A stretch of 64,000 bases of DNA from an uncultured archaeon (GTDB lineage Archaea > Thermoproteota > Nitrososphaeria > Nitrososphaerales > Gagatemarchaeaceae): positions 224,001 through 288,000 of the forward strand of contig CAWCYD010000003.1 of assembly GCA_963799775.1 (NCBI GenBank), written 5' to 3'. This document shows positions 9,358 to 20,310 of this stretch, piece by piece. A program made the translations under genes and the position numbers. Under the pieces are notes generated by a model, which saw nothing but the letters and a program-made list of their open reading frames with translations, did no database searches and had not been told where the DNA came from. The first letter of the stretch is position 1. Each line of letters begins with the position of its first letter.

Positions 9358-9825
9358 TCAGTCGAAGCGGTATTCCATCTCCCAGGTGCGCTTCCATCCC
9401 AGCTTCGTGTAGACCTTCCTTCCCTTGACCGAGGCGTGCAGGAGGATCTTGTAGTATCCCCTCTTCCTCGCCCATTCCATAGCCTCCTTGACGATCATAG
9501 ACGCCAACCCGTTCCTCCTGTATTCGCGAACGGTGTACACCGACATCAAGTATGGTATCAGCCCGGCAGGGCGACCGGGCGAAGGCTGTTGCTCTCGAAG
9601 CCACAAGCAGCCGCTGGCCGCAACCTTCCCTCTGGCTGTCTTCGCTATGTACCCGTGGAAGACCCCTAGTCTCATCATCTCCTTCGCCCACTTCCCATAG
9701 GACTCCTCCAGAGACTGGAGCTCGCCTGTGGTTGAGTCGCTCATCTCCTCGAACATCTTGCTCCTATGCTCGACAAGCACGTCGATGTCTTTCGTGGTGG
9801 CCCTTCGAATCTTGAACGTTGGCAC
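9358..9825 (-). CDS. GNAT N-acetyltransferase
   Basis: VYTVREYRRNGLAS, LHAS..GRKVYTKLGW. Confidence 0.9.
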   Translation of the reverse strand: MPTFKIRRATTKDIDVLVEHRSKMFEEMSDSTTGELQSLEESYGKWAKEMMRLGVFHGYIAKTARGKVAASGCLWLREQQPSPGRPAGLIPYLMSVYTVREYRRNGLASMIVKEAMEWARKRGYYKILLHASVKGRKVYTKLGWKRTWEMEYRFD

Positions 9826-10041
9826 GGGGCGACTTTGCGACAGGTCGTTTAGAACTTATGCGTCGACCGTTATGGCGAAGCCAAGGTTAGAAGAGTCGGG
9901 CGTCCGCCACCTTTCTGACCGAGAATTCGTGAATCGAAGAAGTCTTATGAACGCGCCGAACATGCTCCTTCACGACCATTGTCCTCTCACGGGGGACTCG
10001 AAGAAGACGGATTGCGTGCGCGAAACGATGAGTTGGTCAAA

Positions 10042-10155
10042 ATGACCGAGCAGATGCATACTGCTCGATATGGTGGAATCTACTCTAACAGCGGCGGCCA
10101 ACCTTGGTCATACTGGATTTTCTGGGACGGACAAGACTACCGAATCGCCCATTGA
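10042..10155 (+). CDS. putative Trp-rich leader peptide of the trp operon (MTEQMHTARYGGIYSNSGGQPWSYWIFWDGQDYRIAH)
   Basis: 37-aa ORF with 3 TGG codons within 7 codons, ending 122 nt upstream of trpE on the same strand. Confidence 0.5.
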   Translation: MTEQMHTARYGGIYSNSGGQPWSYWIFWDGQDYRIAH

Positions 10156-10216
10156 GGGTCAATTTATCACCCGATGCGGGACAGCCGCGAAAGTCACCCA
10201 AGAACGGGACAATACC

Positions 10217-10234
10217 CATTTATGGGCATAAATG
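10217..10234. promoter_or_regulatory. perfect inverted repeat CATTTATG-gg-CATAAATG upstream of trpE
   Basis: 8-bp arms with a 2-nt spacer, adjacent to AT-rich ATTATTA. Confidence 0.55.
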
Positions 10235-10277
10235 ATTATTAGTGTTCATTCCTCGTGCCATCCTGAGCGTAGAATGG

Positions 10278-11716
10278 GTGACCACTTTTGGCAGCGAGCT
10301 CAGACTTGCCCGACAATCGCTGAAAGCTGAAAGGCTGAGGACGACCGATTCTCCCCGAGGGCTCTTCGTCAAGGTCCAGGAAGAGTTCGAGAACGCGTTC
10401 CTTCTAGAGTCTGCCATAGGAGAGCAGAGACTCGCGGAATACTCCTTCATCGGCTTTGGCCCGGGAACGCTCCTGAGTCTCAAGGACGGCCGGATTGATG
10501 CGCGTTCATCCGACGGAAGCAAGGACAGCTTACAGACCGACGAGCCGCTCGAGGACCTCAAGCGACTCCTCTCAATCCCGATCCCTTCAGGTCTGCGAGC
10601 GCGAAGCCCGTTCAGGTTCATCGGGGGCGCCGTCGGCTACATCTCCTATGACTCTGTGCGGTATTGGGAGCGGCTGCCAGTCAAAGCGAAGGATGACCTG
10701 TCGCTCCCCGACATGGAGTTCGGCATCTATACCGATGGGATCGCCTTCGACCACATCGGCAAGACGATCCACTACTATTCGCTGGGCAAAGAGAACCGAC
10801 TAGACCTGGTCCAGCGGTTGCTCCGCGCCAGCCCTCCGGAACGCGAGGGGCTCGAAGCTCGAGGCGTCGCGAGGCCGACGGTGGAAAAACCCAGGTTCGA
10901 GTCGATGGTCGAGGCAGCGAAGAGACAGATCACTGCGGGTGACATCTTCCAGGTCGTCCTCTCCAAGCGCTACGACTTCCAGCTGGAAGGCGACCTCTCC
11001 GTCTTCTACGAGGCGCTGAGCGAGATCAACCCTTCCCCCTACATGTACTTCCTGAAGTTCGGGGACCGTAAGATCGTAGGCTCCAGCCCCGAGATGCTGG
11101 TGAGGGTCGAGAACCGGCAGGTCGAGACCTTCCCAATCGCCGGTACGCGCCCTCATCTCATGGACAAGGCTGAGAACGCGAAGCTCACCAAGGAGATGCT
11201 CGCCGACCCCAAGGAGAAGGCGGAGCACGTGATGCTCGTCGACCTCGCGAGGAACGACGTCGGAAGGGTCGCGAAGTACGGGACGGTCAAGGTCCCCGAG
11301 CTGCTGACCGTCCAGCAGTTCAGCCACGTCCAGCACATCGTCTCGAGGGTGGTCGGGGCACTCAGGCCCGAGTTCAACTCTTTCGACGCGATGCGCGCGA
11401 TGTTCCCCGCCGGGACTGTCTCTGGCGCCCCAAAGCCCCGCGCGATGGAGATCATCGAGGAGATCGAACCGGTCAGGAGGGTCCCTACGCGGGGGCGCTC
11501 GGATACTTCTCGTTCAACGGGAACGCCGACTTTGCCATCACGATCAGGACACTCGTCGCCAGGGGGTCGAAGTGTAGCATCCAGTCAGGAGCCGGGATCG
11601 TCGCGGACTCTGACCCGTCGAAGGAATGGCACGAGACAGAGGCCAAGGCAGCCGGTCTGATGAGGGCGGTCGAGAAGGCGACCGGCAGCAAACTGAGGGG
11701 GGCCTCGGGGAGATGA
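10278..11716 (+). CDS. trpE: anthranilate synthase component I (frameshift near 11480)
   Basis: FLLES, GDIFQVVLS, NPSPYM, GSSPE, KEKAEHVMLVDLARND, FPAGTVSGAPK; GTG start (MTTFG). Confidence 0.95.
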
Positions 11717-12299
11717 AGGTCCATCGTGATCGACAACTACGACTCGTTCGTCTACAACCTGGCCCAGTACGTCGGTGAGCTCGGCGGGACCCGCACGTCT
11801 TCCGGAACGACAAGATCACTCTCGCCCAGGTGCGCGACATGGCGCCGGACCGCATCATCATCTCTCCCGGTCCCGGTCATCCTGCGGACGCCCGCTACTT
11901 CGGGGTCTGCCAGAAAGGTCCATCCAGGAGGTGAGCCCAGGCGTCCCGACCCTCGGGGTCTGCTTGGGCCATCAGGGCATAGGGACCTCTTTCGGGGCGC
12001 ACGTAAGCGGAGCCTCAAGGCTGATGCACGGCAAGACGAGCAGGATCCTCCACGACGGGCAGGGGGTGCTCAAGGGCGTGAAGAACCCGTTCGAAGCGAC
12101 CCGTTACCATTCTCTTGCGATAAACAAGGACGACATCCCCCCCGAGCTCAAGGTGACGGCCCTATCGATGGACGACGCGGAGATAATGGGGATAAGGCAC
12201 AGGAAGTATCCCATCGAGGGGGTCCAGTTCCACCCCGAGTCGATTATGACTCCCGAGGGCAAGAAGATAATCAGGAACTTCCTGAGAGGGTCGCGATGA
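11713..12299 (+). CDS. trpG: anthranilate synthase component II (frameshifts)
   Basis: [32 protein letters not shown] across frames. Confidence 0.95.
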
Positions 12300-13375
12300 C
12301 GCCCGTCCAAGACGCCATCCAGCAGATCTTGGATGGCAGGTGCAACCTCTCAGGCGAGACCATCGCCGCCTGTGTCAAGGACATCGCAGAGGGGGCCGCG
12401 ACGCCCGCCCAGGTAGCGGGGTTCCTGGTGGCCCTGAGGAAGAAGGGAGAGACCGTGGAAGAAATAGCCGCACTCGCCTCGGCTCTGAGGGGTTACAGCA
12501 CGATGAAGGAACGGCCCGTGGTAAAGGGGAGGATGGTGGACACCTGCGGCACCGGCGGCGACACTCTGAAGACCCCGAACGTCAGCACCATGTCCTCGTT
12601 CGTCGCGGCCGGCGCGGGAGCCGTCGTCGCGAAGCACGGTGGCCGCTCTGTCACGAGCAAGTCAGGGAGCGCCGACGTCTTGGAGCGCCTCGGCTTCAAC
12701 CTCGCCATGGAGCCCTCACGCGTCAAGGACTCGATCGAGCAGATAGGCATCGGCTTCATGTTCGCCCCGTCGTTCCACCCCGCGATGAAGCATGTCGCTC
12801 CCGTCAGGAAGGAGCTGGGCGTGAGGACGGTCTTCAACCTGATGGGGCCCCTGATCAACCCGGCGCGCGTCGACGCGCAGCTCGTGGGACTCTACTCGGC
12901 TGCCCTCGTCCCCCAGGTGGCAGCGGTGCTGGGCAGACTGGGCCTCGAGGAGGCGTTTGTCGTCCACGGGATGGAGGGCGTCGACGAGATCTCCGTCACA
13001 GGCAAGACGATGGTCTCACACCTCAAGGGCGGGCGCGTAGAGTCACGCGAGTATCTTCCGAAGGATTTCGGGCTCCGAGACGGGCCCCTCGTGCCCAGGA
13101 CGAGCCCGTCTGATGCCGACGAGGGAGCGATGCTCGCCCTCTCGATCCTGAGCGGAGACTGCAGCGAGCGCGACTATGGGCGACTGATGGTGCTGGCGAA
13201 CAGCGCCGCCTGCCTGGTGCTCGCGGAGAGGGCCGACAGCTTCTCCGAGGGGATAGAGCTCGCCTCCGTTTCCATAAAGAGCGGCAAGGCGATGTCGAAG
13301 CTCGAGGAGCTGGTGAAGTTCAGCGGAGGGAGCCTCGAGGCTGCGAGGGAGAGCTATGCAAAGAAGAAAGACTGA
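12296..13375 (+). CDS. trpD: anthranilate phosphoribosyltransferase
   Basis: DTCGTGGD, NVST, KHGGRSVTSKSGSAD, RTVFNLMGPL. Confidence 0.95.
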   Translation: MTPVQDAIQQILDGRCNLSGETIAACVKDIAEGAATPAQVAGFLVALRKKGETVEEIAALASALRGYSTMKERPVVKGRMVDTCGTGGDTLKTPNVSTMSSFVAAGAGAVVAKHGGRSVTSKSGSADVLERLGFNLAMEPSRVKDSIEQIGIGFMFAPSFHPAMKHVAPVRKELGVRTVFNLMGPLINPARVDAQLVGLYSAALVPQVAAVLGRLGLEEAFVVHGMEGVDEISVTGKTMVSHLKGGRVESREYLPKDFGLRDGPLVPRTSPSDADEGAMLALSILSGDCSERDYGRLMVLANSAACLVLAERADSFSEGIELASVSIKSGKAMSKLEELVKFSGGSLEAARESYAKKKD

Positions 13376-14190
13376 TGCCAATTTCATCTTCACGCTAGCC
13401 GACACTGCTTCCGAGACCATCGAGAGCGGATACTACGAGGGTCTTGACGCCAAGGCGGCGCGCGGCCTGAAGCACAGGAGCCTCAAGGCTTCGCTGGCGA
13501 CGTCGAAGCTGACGCCGGTCATCGCCGAGATTAAATTCACCTCCCCCGCCGAGGGCGAGCTGAGGAAACCTGGCGACGTCAGGAAGATCGCCCGGGCCTA
13601 CGAGCGCGGGGGGGTCTCTGGAATCTCCGTCCTGACGGAGCCGAGACACTTCGACGGTGACATCCGCTACCTCCCCCTGGTCAAGAAGTCCGTCAAAGTG
13701 CCGGTGCTGATGAAAGACATCGTCATCGACCCCGTGCAGGTCGATGCGGGCGCCAAGATGGGCGCGGACGCCATTCTCTTCATCGCGGCAATATTCATGA
13801 ATAGGCTCGCAAGGGCAGGCCTCGGAGAGATGCTCAATCTTGCCAAGAGCCGGGGTCTCGAGGTCCCTGATGGAGGCACACACAGAGAACGAGTTCATGT
13901 ACGCCCTCGAGTCCGGGGCGGACGTCGTGGGGATAAACAACAGGGACTTGGACACGCTGGATGTGTCGCTCTCGACATCGAAGAGGCTCCTCGCCGTGGC
14001 ACGGCAAGGGAAGGCGCGAGAAGGGATAAGCAAGGACAAGCTCGTCATCTCTGAGAGCGGCATCACGACGAGAGAGGAGATCCTCCAACTGAGCGAGCTA
14101 GGGGCTGACGGGTTCCTCATAGGGAGCGCTCTCATGAAATCCGGGGACATCGAGGAGAAGGTCAGGTCGCTCACGGGAGCAGCGGATTGA
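13356..14190 (+). CDS. trpC: indole-3-glycerol phosphate synthase (frameshift near 13865)
   Basis: VIAEIKFTSP, ISVLTE, LMKDI, GINNRDL, ISESGI, LIGSALM. Confidence 0.95.
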
Positions 14191-14861
14191 CCCGCGTGAA
14201 GATATGCGGCATCACCCGCGAGGAGGACGTCGATGCTGTCGTCGACGCCGGCGCGGACGCCCTCGGGTTCGTCTCAGGCTTCCCCAACTCTCCCAGAAAC
14301 CTCACGGTCTCAAGGGCGGCCTCGCTCATCTCGAGGGCCCCACCCTTCGTCACGCCGGTCCTTGTGGCGACCGCCCAGACGCTCGTGGAGCACTCTGACG
14401 AGATCAAGAGGTGTGCCCCGAAGGCGATACAACTCTACGGGAACGCGTTCTCTCAGGCGTCCATCAGGCCCTCTTTCCACGCGTACCTGCTGCGGCCCTG
14501 CGCTGTCGCCCACGACGTGGGTGACGAAGGCCTCGCGGCGCTAGAGAAGATCAAGGAGACGGTCAAGGGTTACGACGCCATCCTCACGGACGCCCACCGC
14601 GAAGGCTACGACGGCGGGACCGGCCTGACGTCTGACTGGAACTTCTGCTCCGCGATAAGGAAGAGCATCGCGCCGATGCCCCTGATCCTCTCCGGAGGTC
14701 TGAGGCCCGAGAACGTCGAGCTTGCGATAGCGACAGTCTCGCCCTTCTGCGTCGACGTCTCGTCCGGGGTGGAGTCTGCGCCAGGCGTCAAGGACCACTC
14801 GAAGGTCAAGACCTTCGTCACCAACGCCAACAAGGCTGAAGAGAGGCGGGTGGCTCCATGA
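14187..14861 (+). CDS. trpF: phosphoribosylanthranilate isomerase
   Basis: [29 protein letters not shown]. Confidence 0.95.
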   Translation: MTRVKICGITREEDVDAVVDAGADALGFVSGFPNSPRNLTVSRAASLISRAPPFVTPVLVATAQTLVEHSDEIKRCAPKAIQLYGNAFSQASIRPSFHAYLLRPCAVAHDVGDEGLAALEKIKETVKGYDAILTDAHREGYDGGTGLTSDWNFCSAIRKSIAPMPLILSGGLRPENVELAIATVSPFCVDVSSGVESAPGVKDHSKVKTFVTNANKAEERRVAP

Positions 14862-14862
14862 C

Positions 14863-16086
14863 ATGACCTCGCGGAAGAGCAGCAAGGGCGAGAAGAACAA
14901 GTCCAAAGACTATCCGACCAACGGGAAGTTCGGGGGCTTCGGAGGGCAGTTCGTCCCCGAGACGCTTGTCCCGGCGGTCCAGGAGCTCGAGAAGGCGTAC
15001 CTTTCCGCACGCAAGGACAAGGCGTTCCAGGCCGAGCTCAGCAGGCTTCTGCGAGACTACGCCGGCAGGCCGACGCCCCTCTACCTCTGTGCCAACCTCA
15101 CGACGCACGCGGGCGCGGCGAGGATATTCCTCAAGAGGGAAGACCTCCTTCACGGGGGTGCCCATAAGATCAACAACACGCTCGGGCAGGCGCTGCTAGC
15201 CAAGAAGATGGGCAAGCAGAGGATAATAGCAGAGACGGGGGCCGGCCAGCACGGCGTCGCGACGGCGATGGCCTGCGCAGCGCTCGGCCTCAAGGCCGAG
15301 ATCTACATGGGGTCCGAGGACGTGGAGAGACAGAAGCTCAACGTCTACAGGATGAAGCTCCTCGGAGCCCAGGTGCACCCCGTCGAGAGCGGGTCCAAGA
15401 CGCTCAAGGACGCCATCAACGAGGCTCTCAGGGACTGGGTGACGAACGTGGGTTCCACCTACTACCTCCTGGGCTCGGTCGTGGGCCCTCATCCCTACCC
15501 GGTCATGGTCAGAGACTTCCAAAGCGTCATAGGAGACGAGGTCAAGGCAGAGTTCAAGAAGACAGGGAAAGGCCTTCCAGATGCGATCGTCGCCTGCGTC
15601 GGGGGCGGGAGCAACGCGATGGGGAGCTTCCACGCCTTCGAGGGTGACCCGAAGGTGAAGCTCTATGGCGTCGAGGCCGGCGGGATGGGGGCGGGGAGGA
15701 ACGCGGCACCCCTCATCGAAGGGAGAAAAGGCGTCCTCCATGGCATGATGACATACGTCCTCCAGGACGAGCACGGCCAAGTCCGCGGCACAGAGAGCAT
15801 CTCGGCGGGCCTCGACTACCCGGGAGTGGGCCCTGAGCACTCCTTCCTGAAGGAGACCGGGAGGGCCACCTATGTCTCAGTGACCGACGACGAAGCCGTC
15901 GGAGCCTTCCACCTCCTCTCCGAAAAGGAGGGGATCATCCCCGCGCTCGAGTCGGCCCACGCGGTCGCATACGCGGTGAAGCTGGCTGGAAGGATGGGCA
16001 AGACCCAGTCGGTTGTCGTCACGCTCTCAGGTAGGGGTGACAAGGACGTGCAGCAGGTCGCGAGAAGAGAGGGCACGGAGCTCTGA
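14863..16086 (+). CDS. trpB: tryptophan synthase beta subunit (TrpB1 type)
   Basis: [38 protein letters not shown]. Confidence 0.97.
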   Translation: MTSRKSSKGEKNKSKDYPTNGKFGGFGGQFVPETLVPAVQELEKAYLSARKDKAFQAELSRLLRDYAGRPTPLYLCANLTTHAGAARIFLKREDLLHGGAHKINNTLGQALLAKKMGKQRIIAETGAGQHGVATAMACAALGLKAEIYMGSEDVERQKLNVYRMKLLGAQVHPVESGSKTLKDAINEALRDWVTNVGSTYYLLGSVVGPHPYPVMVRDFQSVIGDEVKAEFKKTGKGLPDAIVACVGGGSNAMGSFHAFEGDPKVKLYGVEAGGMGAGRNAAPLIEGRKGVLHGMMTYVLQDEHGQVRGTESISAGLDYPGVGPEHSFLKETGRATYVSVTDDEAVGAFHLLSEKEGIIPALESAHAVAYAVKLAGRMGKTQSVVVTLSGRGDKDVQQVARREGTEL

Positions 16087-16902
16087 GCCCCATCTCCTCG
16101 GTCTTCGCCAAGCTCTCAGGAGAGGCAGCCCTCGTGGCCTACGTCATGGGAGGCGACCCCGACCTGGCGGCGTCTGCCCACGTGATCGACGCGGTGATCC
16201 GCGGGGGCGCTGACATCGTGGAGGTTGGCCTACCGTTCTCCGACCCGATCGCGGACGGCAAGTCGATACAGGCCGCAGATGTCCGAGCCCTGTCGTCAGG
16301 CTCCACCCCGGCAAAGGTCATGAGCGTCATCTCGAGCGTCAAGGCGCGTCATCCGGAGGTGCACCATCGTCGCCATGACGTACTACAACATACTCTACTC
16401 CAACGGCGTCGAGAAGTTCCTGCTGCAGGCGAAGAGCGGCGGAGTCGACGGGATGATCGTCCCCGACCTGCCTTTGGAGGAGGTCGCAGACTACCATCGG
16501 ATCGCAAGGTCGCTTGGACTGGATACGATACTCTTGGCGGCCCCTACCACTCCTCCAGAGAGGATGCGGAGGATCGTCGAGCAGACGTCGGGATTCCTAT
16601 ACCTTGTCTCACTCATGGGCGTTACGGGGGCGCGCCCAGGGGTCGAGGAGAGCAGCCTCGAGCTGGTCAAGAACGCGAAGAAGTTCGCAAAGGAAAGGAA
16701 CGTCCCCCTCGGCGTGGGTTTCGGCATATCGACGCCAGACCAGGTCCGGGCCATGGTCGAAGCTGGCGCTGACGCCGTGATAGTCGGAAGCGGAATCGTG
16801 GACAAGGTCGCGGGCTACGACTCTGCCGGGAGCTCGGTCTCGCTCGTGAAGATCGCCGAATACGTGCGAGCGCTGAAGGAAGCTACCAGAAAGAAGAGCT
16901 AA
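16083..16902 (+). CDS. trpA: tryptophan synthase alpha subunit (probable CTG start; frameshift near 16365)
   Basis: [33 protein letters not shown]. Confidence 0.95.
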
Positions 16903-16914
16903 ACAGATAACTCG

Positions 16915-17776
16915 TCAACGAGCGCTGTAGACTTCCCTTATCGCCGCCTTGCCCTTCCTGCCAGAGGCGTAGGTCTTCGCGAGCCTCCCGAACTCCGTCC
17001 TGAACGCGTCCCAGTCGGACCCTTCCACGACCTCGATGGCTCTCCTGAGCTCACGCAGGGCCTCTCTTCCGACCTTCCTGGTGTAGCCGTTCGAGGCCTG
17101 TATGGCGAACGAGAGCCGCGGGTCTTGGGCAAGGATCGCCTCCGCCAGCGTCATCTGCATGGAGGAGTTCGGCGTCGAGATCCTGTCGAACTCATCCGGC
17201 GAGAGGAACTTTGCCATCGTCCCCGCGTACACCAGGTTCAGCAGGTGCGTGAGAGAGAGCACGGCTGCCATCGCCTGGTCGTGCTCCTTCCTCGTCATCG
17301 GGATTATCCGCGCACCGGGGAACAGCCTCTTTGCGAGCGAGGCCTCAGTACCAGGCCTTCCTCCCTCCTTCTTCACTATGACGGCTAGCTTCATCCCGTC
17401 CGCGGACTCGAGCGCAGGGCCGAAGAGAGGATGTATGGACAGCAGAGAGACCCTCTCCCCCGCCAATTTCCTGAGAGCCGGCAAGGTCTCCCCCTTGACG
17501 GACATGATATCGATCAGGGTAGACCCTCGCTTCATCTTGGGGACGGCCTCCTCTGCCACCTTCAAGGTGCTCTCGATGGGGACTGCCATCAGGACGAGGT
17601 CGCAGCCTCTCACGGCCTCAGAGTTCGAGGCGGCGCTCTTGACGTGTACACCTCGGGGCGACTGCCTCCTCGCCTTTCTCGAATCGAACCCGCGCACCGT
17701 GTCTCCTTTCTCGATGAAGTACCTCGCGAAGAAGGGCACCCATCCCGCCCCCTGCTCCGAGGACGGCGACCTTCAA
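16915..17776 (-). CDS. tyrA: prephenate/arogenate dehydrogenase (frameshift near the N-terminus)
   Basis: KVAVLG N-terminus, DIMSVK, SIHPLFGP, EHDQAMA..LSLTH. Confidence 0.9.
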
Positions 17777-19194
17777 CTCAGCATTTCGCCTATCTTCCTA
17801 ACCCCGGCGGTGAGGGTCTCTTGAGGCTGACCGAGGGAGATCCTGAAGCATCTGGGGTAGTCTCCGAACCCGGTGCCAGGGCTGATGGTGACCCCCTTCT
17901 TCTCCAGGAGCTCCATCGCGAAGGACGAGGAGTCGAACGCCGGGTCCTTTGCCTGTGGGAACGCGTAGATCGCTCCCTCGGGCTTGAGAATCTCGAGGGC
18001 GTCTATCTTCTCTATCTCCGCGGTCGTCGCGTCTATCCTCTCTTTCATCACGCGCGAGTTCCTCGAGACTTCCTCGGCGCAGTCGAGCGCCTTCGCCGCA
18101 CCCCTCTGGATGAACTCAGGGACGCAAGTGATCATGAGCCCGAGGATCTTGAGCATCTTCGCGCTCGTCTCAGGCGGAGCCAGAGAGTAGCCTATCCTGA
18201 ATCCCGTCATGCTCCACGCCTTGGAGAACGACGACGTGAGGACGTACTTCTTGGGCAGCCTCTCGAGGATGCTCGGGCACGGTTTGTAGGCGTAGTCGTT
18301 GTAGATCTCGTCGCTTATCACCGTGAGGCCATGGTCGTCGGCGATCTCGACTATCTCGCCGAAGCGCCTCTTGTCCATTATCTTCCCCGTCGGGTTGGAA
18401 GGATAGCTCAAGACGATCGCCTTGGTGTTGGGCTTTATCGCAGCCTCGACCCTCTCTGGCGACGGCTCCCACCCTTCCTCCATCGTGGTCGGGATGGTGA
18501 TCGCTCGGACTCCGATGAACTCAAGGCCCTCCTTGTACGCGGGCCAGTTGGGCTCGATCACTATCACGCTGTCCCCTTCAGCGGCGACGGTCGCGAGCGC
18601 GGAATACACGGCGAACCTCCCTCCCGGGGTCACGATGAGCTGGCTCTCCGCGGCCTGGAAGTCGTGCCTCCTGGCGAGGTATGCGCGGAGCGCCGACAGC
18701 AGCTCCGGTATTCCGCGCCCGACGGTGTAGTATGTCTTGTAGGAGTACAAGGCCTCGGAGACCGCATCGAGGACCGCCTTTGGAGGACGGAAGTCGGGCT
18801 CCCCGACGTCGAGGCGGATGAGCTTCTTCCCGCTCTTCTCTATCTCCGTCGCCTTGGCCATCATCATCATCGGCGTGATGAAGGTCTGCTTCTTCGCCGC
18901 CCCCACGCTGCGCTGCGCGGTCTTGGATTCCCTGAGCAGCGTGCTTAGGATCTTCAGGCCTAGCTCTTGGTCCAGGCCTATTCTCTTGCAGTCGCTGATC
19001 ACCTCTTGGAGGAGGGCGTCCTCGACCTTCTCGTTGTCGATGGGGAGCGACTCCCGGCTCTTCACCTGGCCTATCTTCTTCGAGAGCTCCACCCGCTTCG
19101 CGACGAGCTCGATTATCTCACTCGTCGTCTCCGCGACCTCTTCTCGAAGGCTCCTGAGCTCCGACTCTGTCTCCTCGACCCCGCTGCTAGTCAT
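17773..19194 (-). CDS. chorismate mutase (AroQ) fused to a class I/II aminotransferase
   Basis: N-terminal LRSLREEV...KRVELSKKIGQVK; GEPDF, PSNPTG, SDEIY, SFSKAWSMTGFRIG. Confidence 0.9.
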   Translation of the reverse strand: MTSSGVEETESELRSLREEVAETTSEIIELVAKRVELSKKIGQVKSRESLPIDNEKVEDALLQEVISDCKRIGLDQELGLKILSTLLRESKTAQRSVGAAKKQTFITPMMMMAKATEIEKSGKKLIRLDVGEPDFRPPKAVLDAVSEALYSYKTYYTVGRGIPELLSALRAYLARRHDFQAAESQLIVTPGGRFAVYSALATVAAEGDSVIVIEPNWPAYKEGLEFIGVRAITIPTTMEEGWEPSPERVEAAIKPNTKAIVLSYPSNPTGKIMDKRRFGEIVEIADDHGLTVISDEIYNDYAYKPCPSILERLPKKYVLTSSFSKAWSMTGFRIGYSLAPPETSAKMLKILGLMITCVPEFIQRGAAKALDCAEEVSRNSRVMKERIDATTAEIEKIDALEILKPEGAIYAFPQAKDPAFDSSSFAMELLEKKGVTISPGTGFGDYPRCFRISLGQPQETLTAGVRKIGEMLS

Positions 19195-20309
19195 TGCTTC
19201 TTCTTTCGCCTTCCCAGCACCGGGGAGATAAACCCGGCTCTCAGCGCGTGGTCGGCCAGCACGATTGCGGTGCAGCACTCGACGATGGGGACCGCCCGCG
19301 GGACGACTACCGGGTCGTGCCTTCCCGGGACCACGAGCTCTACTTCCTTCTTGGTCGAGAGGTCGACGGTCTTCTGCTTCTTGGCTATCGACGCCGGGGG
19401 CTTGAAGGCCAGCCTGTAGACGATCGGCATCCCGCTCGACACCCCTCCTACGATCCCACCTGAGTTGTTCGTCTGAGTCACTATCTTCCCAGAGGCGTCC
19501 AGGCGGTACTGGTCGTTGTTCTCGCTACCCTTGAGCCGGGTCGAGGCGAATCCAGAGCCGAACTCAACCCCCTTCACGGCGGGGATCGAGAGAGCCATCT
19601 GCGCAAGGTCAGAGTCGAGGGAGTCGAAGACAGGCTCGCCGAGTCCCACGGGGACGTTGAGCGCCACGCACTCGACCACGCCACCGAGGCTGTCCCCCTC
19701 CCCTCTGCTCTTGATCACCATCTGTTTCATCTTCTCCGCCACCTCTGGGTCAGGGCTCCGGACCTCGTTCGAGTATCTGTTCTTGCGGGCCTCGTCTATC
19801 GTGAACCCCTCGGCCCGCAGGCCCCCCAGCTCGAGCGTGTACGCGATTATCTCGACCCCTAGTGTCTCCTTCAACAGCTTCTTTGCCAGGGCACCTGCCA
19901 TGACGAACCCCGCCGTCACCCTCGCGGAGGCCCTTCCGCTCCCTCTGTAGTCGTTGAAGCCGCCATACTTGGTCCTGTGGGAGAGGTCGGCGTGGCTCGG
20001 TCGGGGAGTGTTGACCATCGCCTCGTAAGACCTCGAGTCCACGTCGAGGTTGCGGATCATCATCATGATGGGAGCGCCGGTCGTGTGGCCGTCGAACACG
20101 CCAGAGAATATCTCTACGACGTCTCCTTCCTTCCTCTGAGTGGTGACGATCGATTGGCCCGGTCGCCTGAGGTCGAGGTCAGGCTGGATGTCCGCCTCGG
20201 ATAGGGCCAGCCCCGCCGGCACGCCGTCCACCACGATCCCCACGCCCTTGCCGTGGCTCTCTCCGAAGCTGATCACCGCGAACCTCTCGCCGAAGATGTT
20301 GCCGGGCAT
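19191..20309 (-). CDS. aroC: chorismate synthase
   Basis: FGESHG, PRPSHAD, GSGRASAR, GRHDP. Confidence 0.97.
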   Translation of the reverse strand: MPGNIFGERFAVISFGESHGKGVGIVVDGVPAGLALSEADIQPDLDLRRPGQSIVTTQRKEGDVVEIFSGVFDGHTTGAPIMMMIRNLDVDSRSYEAMVNTPRPSHADLSHRTKYGGFNDYRGSGRASARVTAGFVMAGALAKKLLKETLGVEIIAYTLELGGLRAEGFTIDEARKNRYSNEVRSPDPEVAEKMKQMVIKSRGEGDSLGGVVECVALNVPVGLGEPVFDSLDSDLAQMALSIPAVKGVEFGSGFASTRLKGSENNDQYRLDASGKIVTQTNNSGGIVGGVSSGMPIVYRLAFKPPASIAKKQKTVDLSTKKEVELVVPGRHDPVVVPRAVPIVECCTAIVLADHALRAGFISPVLGRRKKKQ

Positions 20310-20310
20310 G

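Noticed and set aside
11726-13375. Apparent TrpG-TrpD fusion (549-aa ORF)
   Set aside because: It is an artefact of trpG frameshifts. TrpG ends at 12299 and trpD has its own overlapping ATG at 12296.
17431-18948. Long antisense or alternate-frame ORFs (also 28612-29757, 33278-34597, 62164-63186)
   Set aside because: These are shadow ORFs of GC-rich genes with no recognisable motifs.
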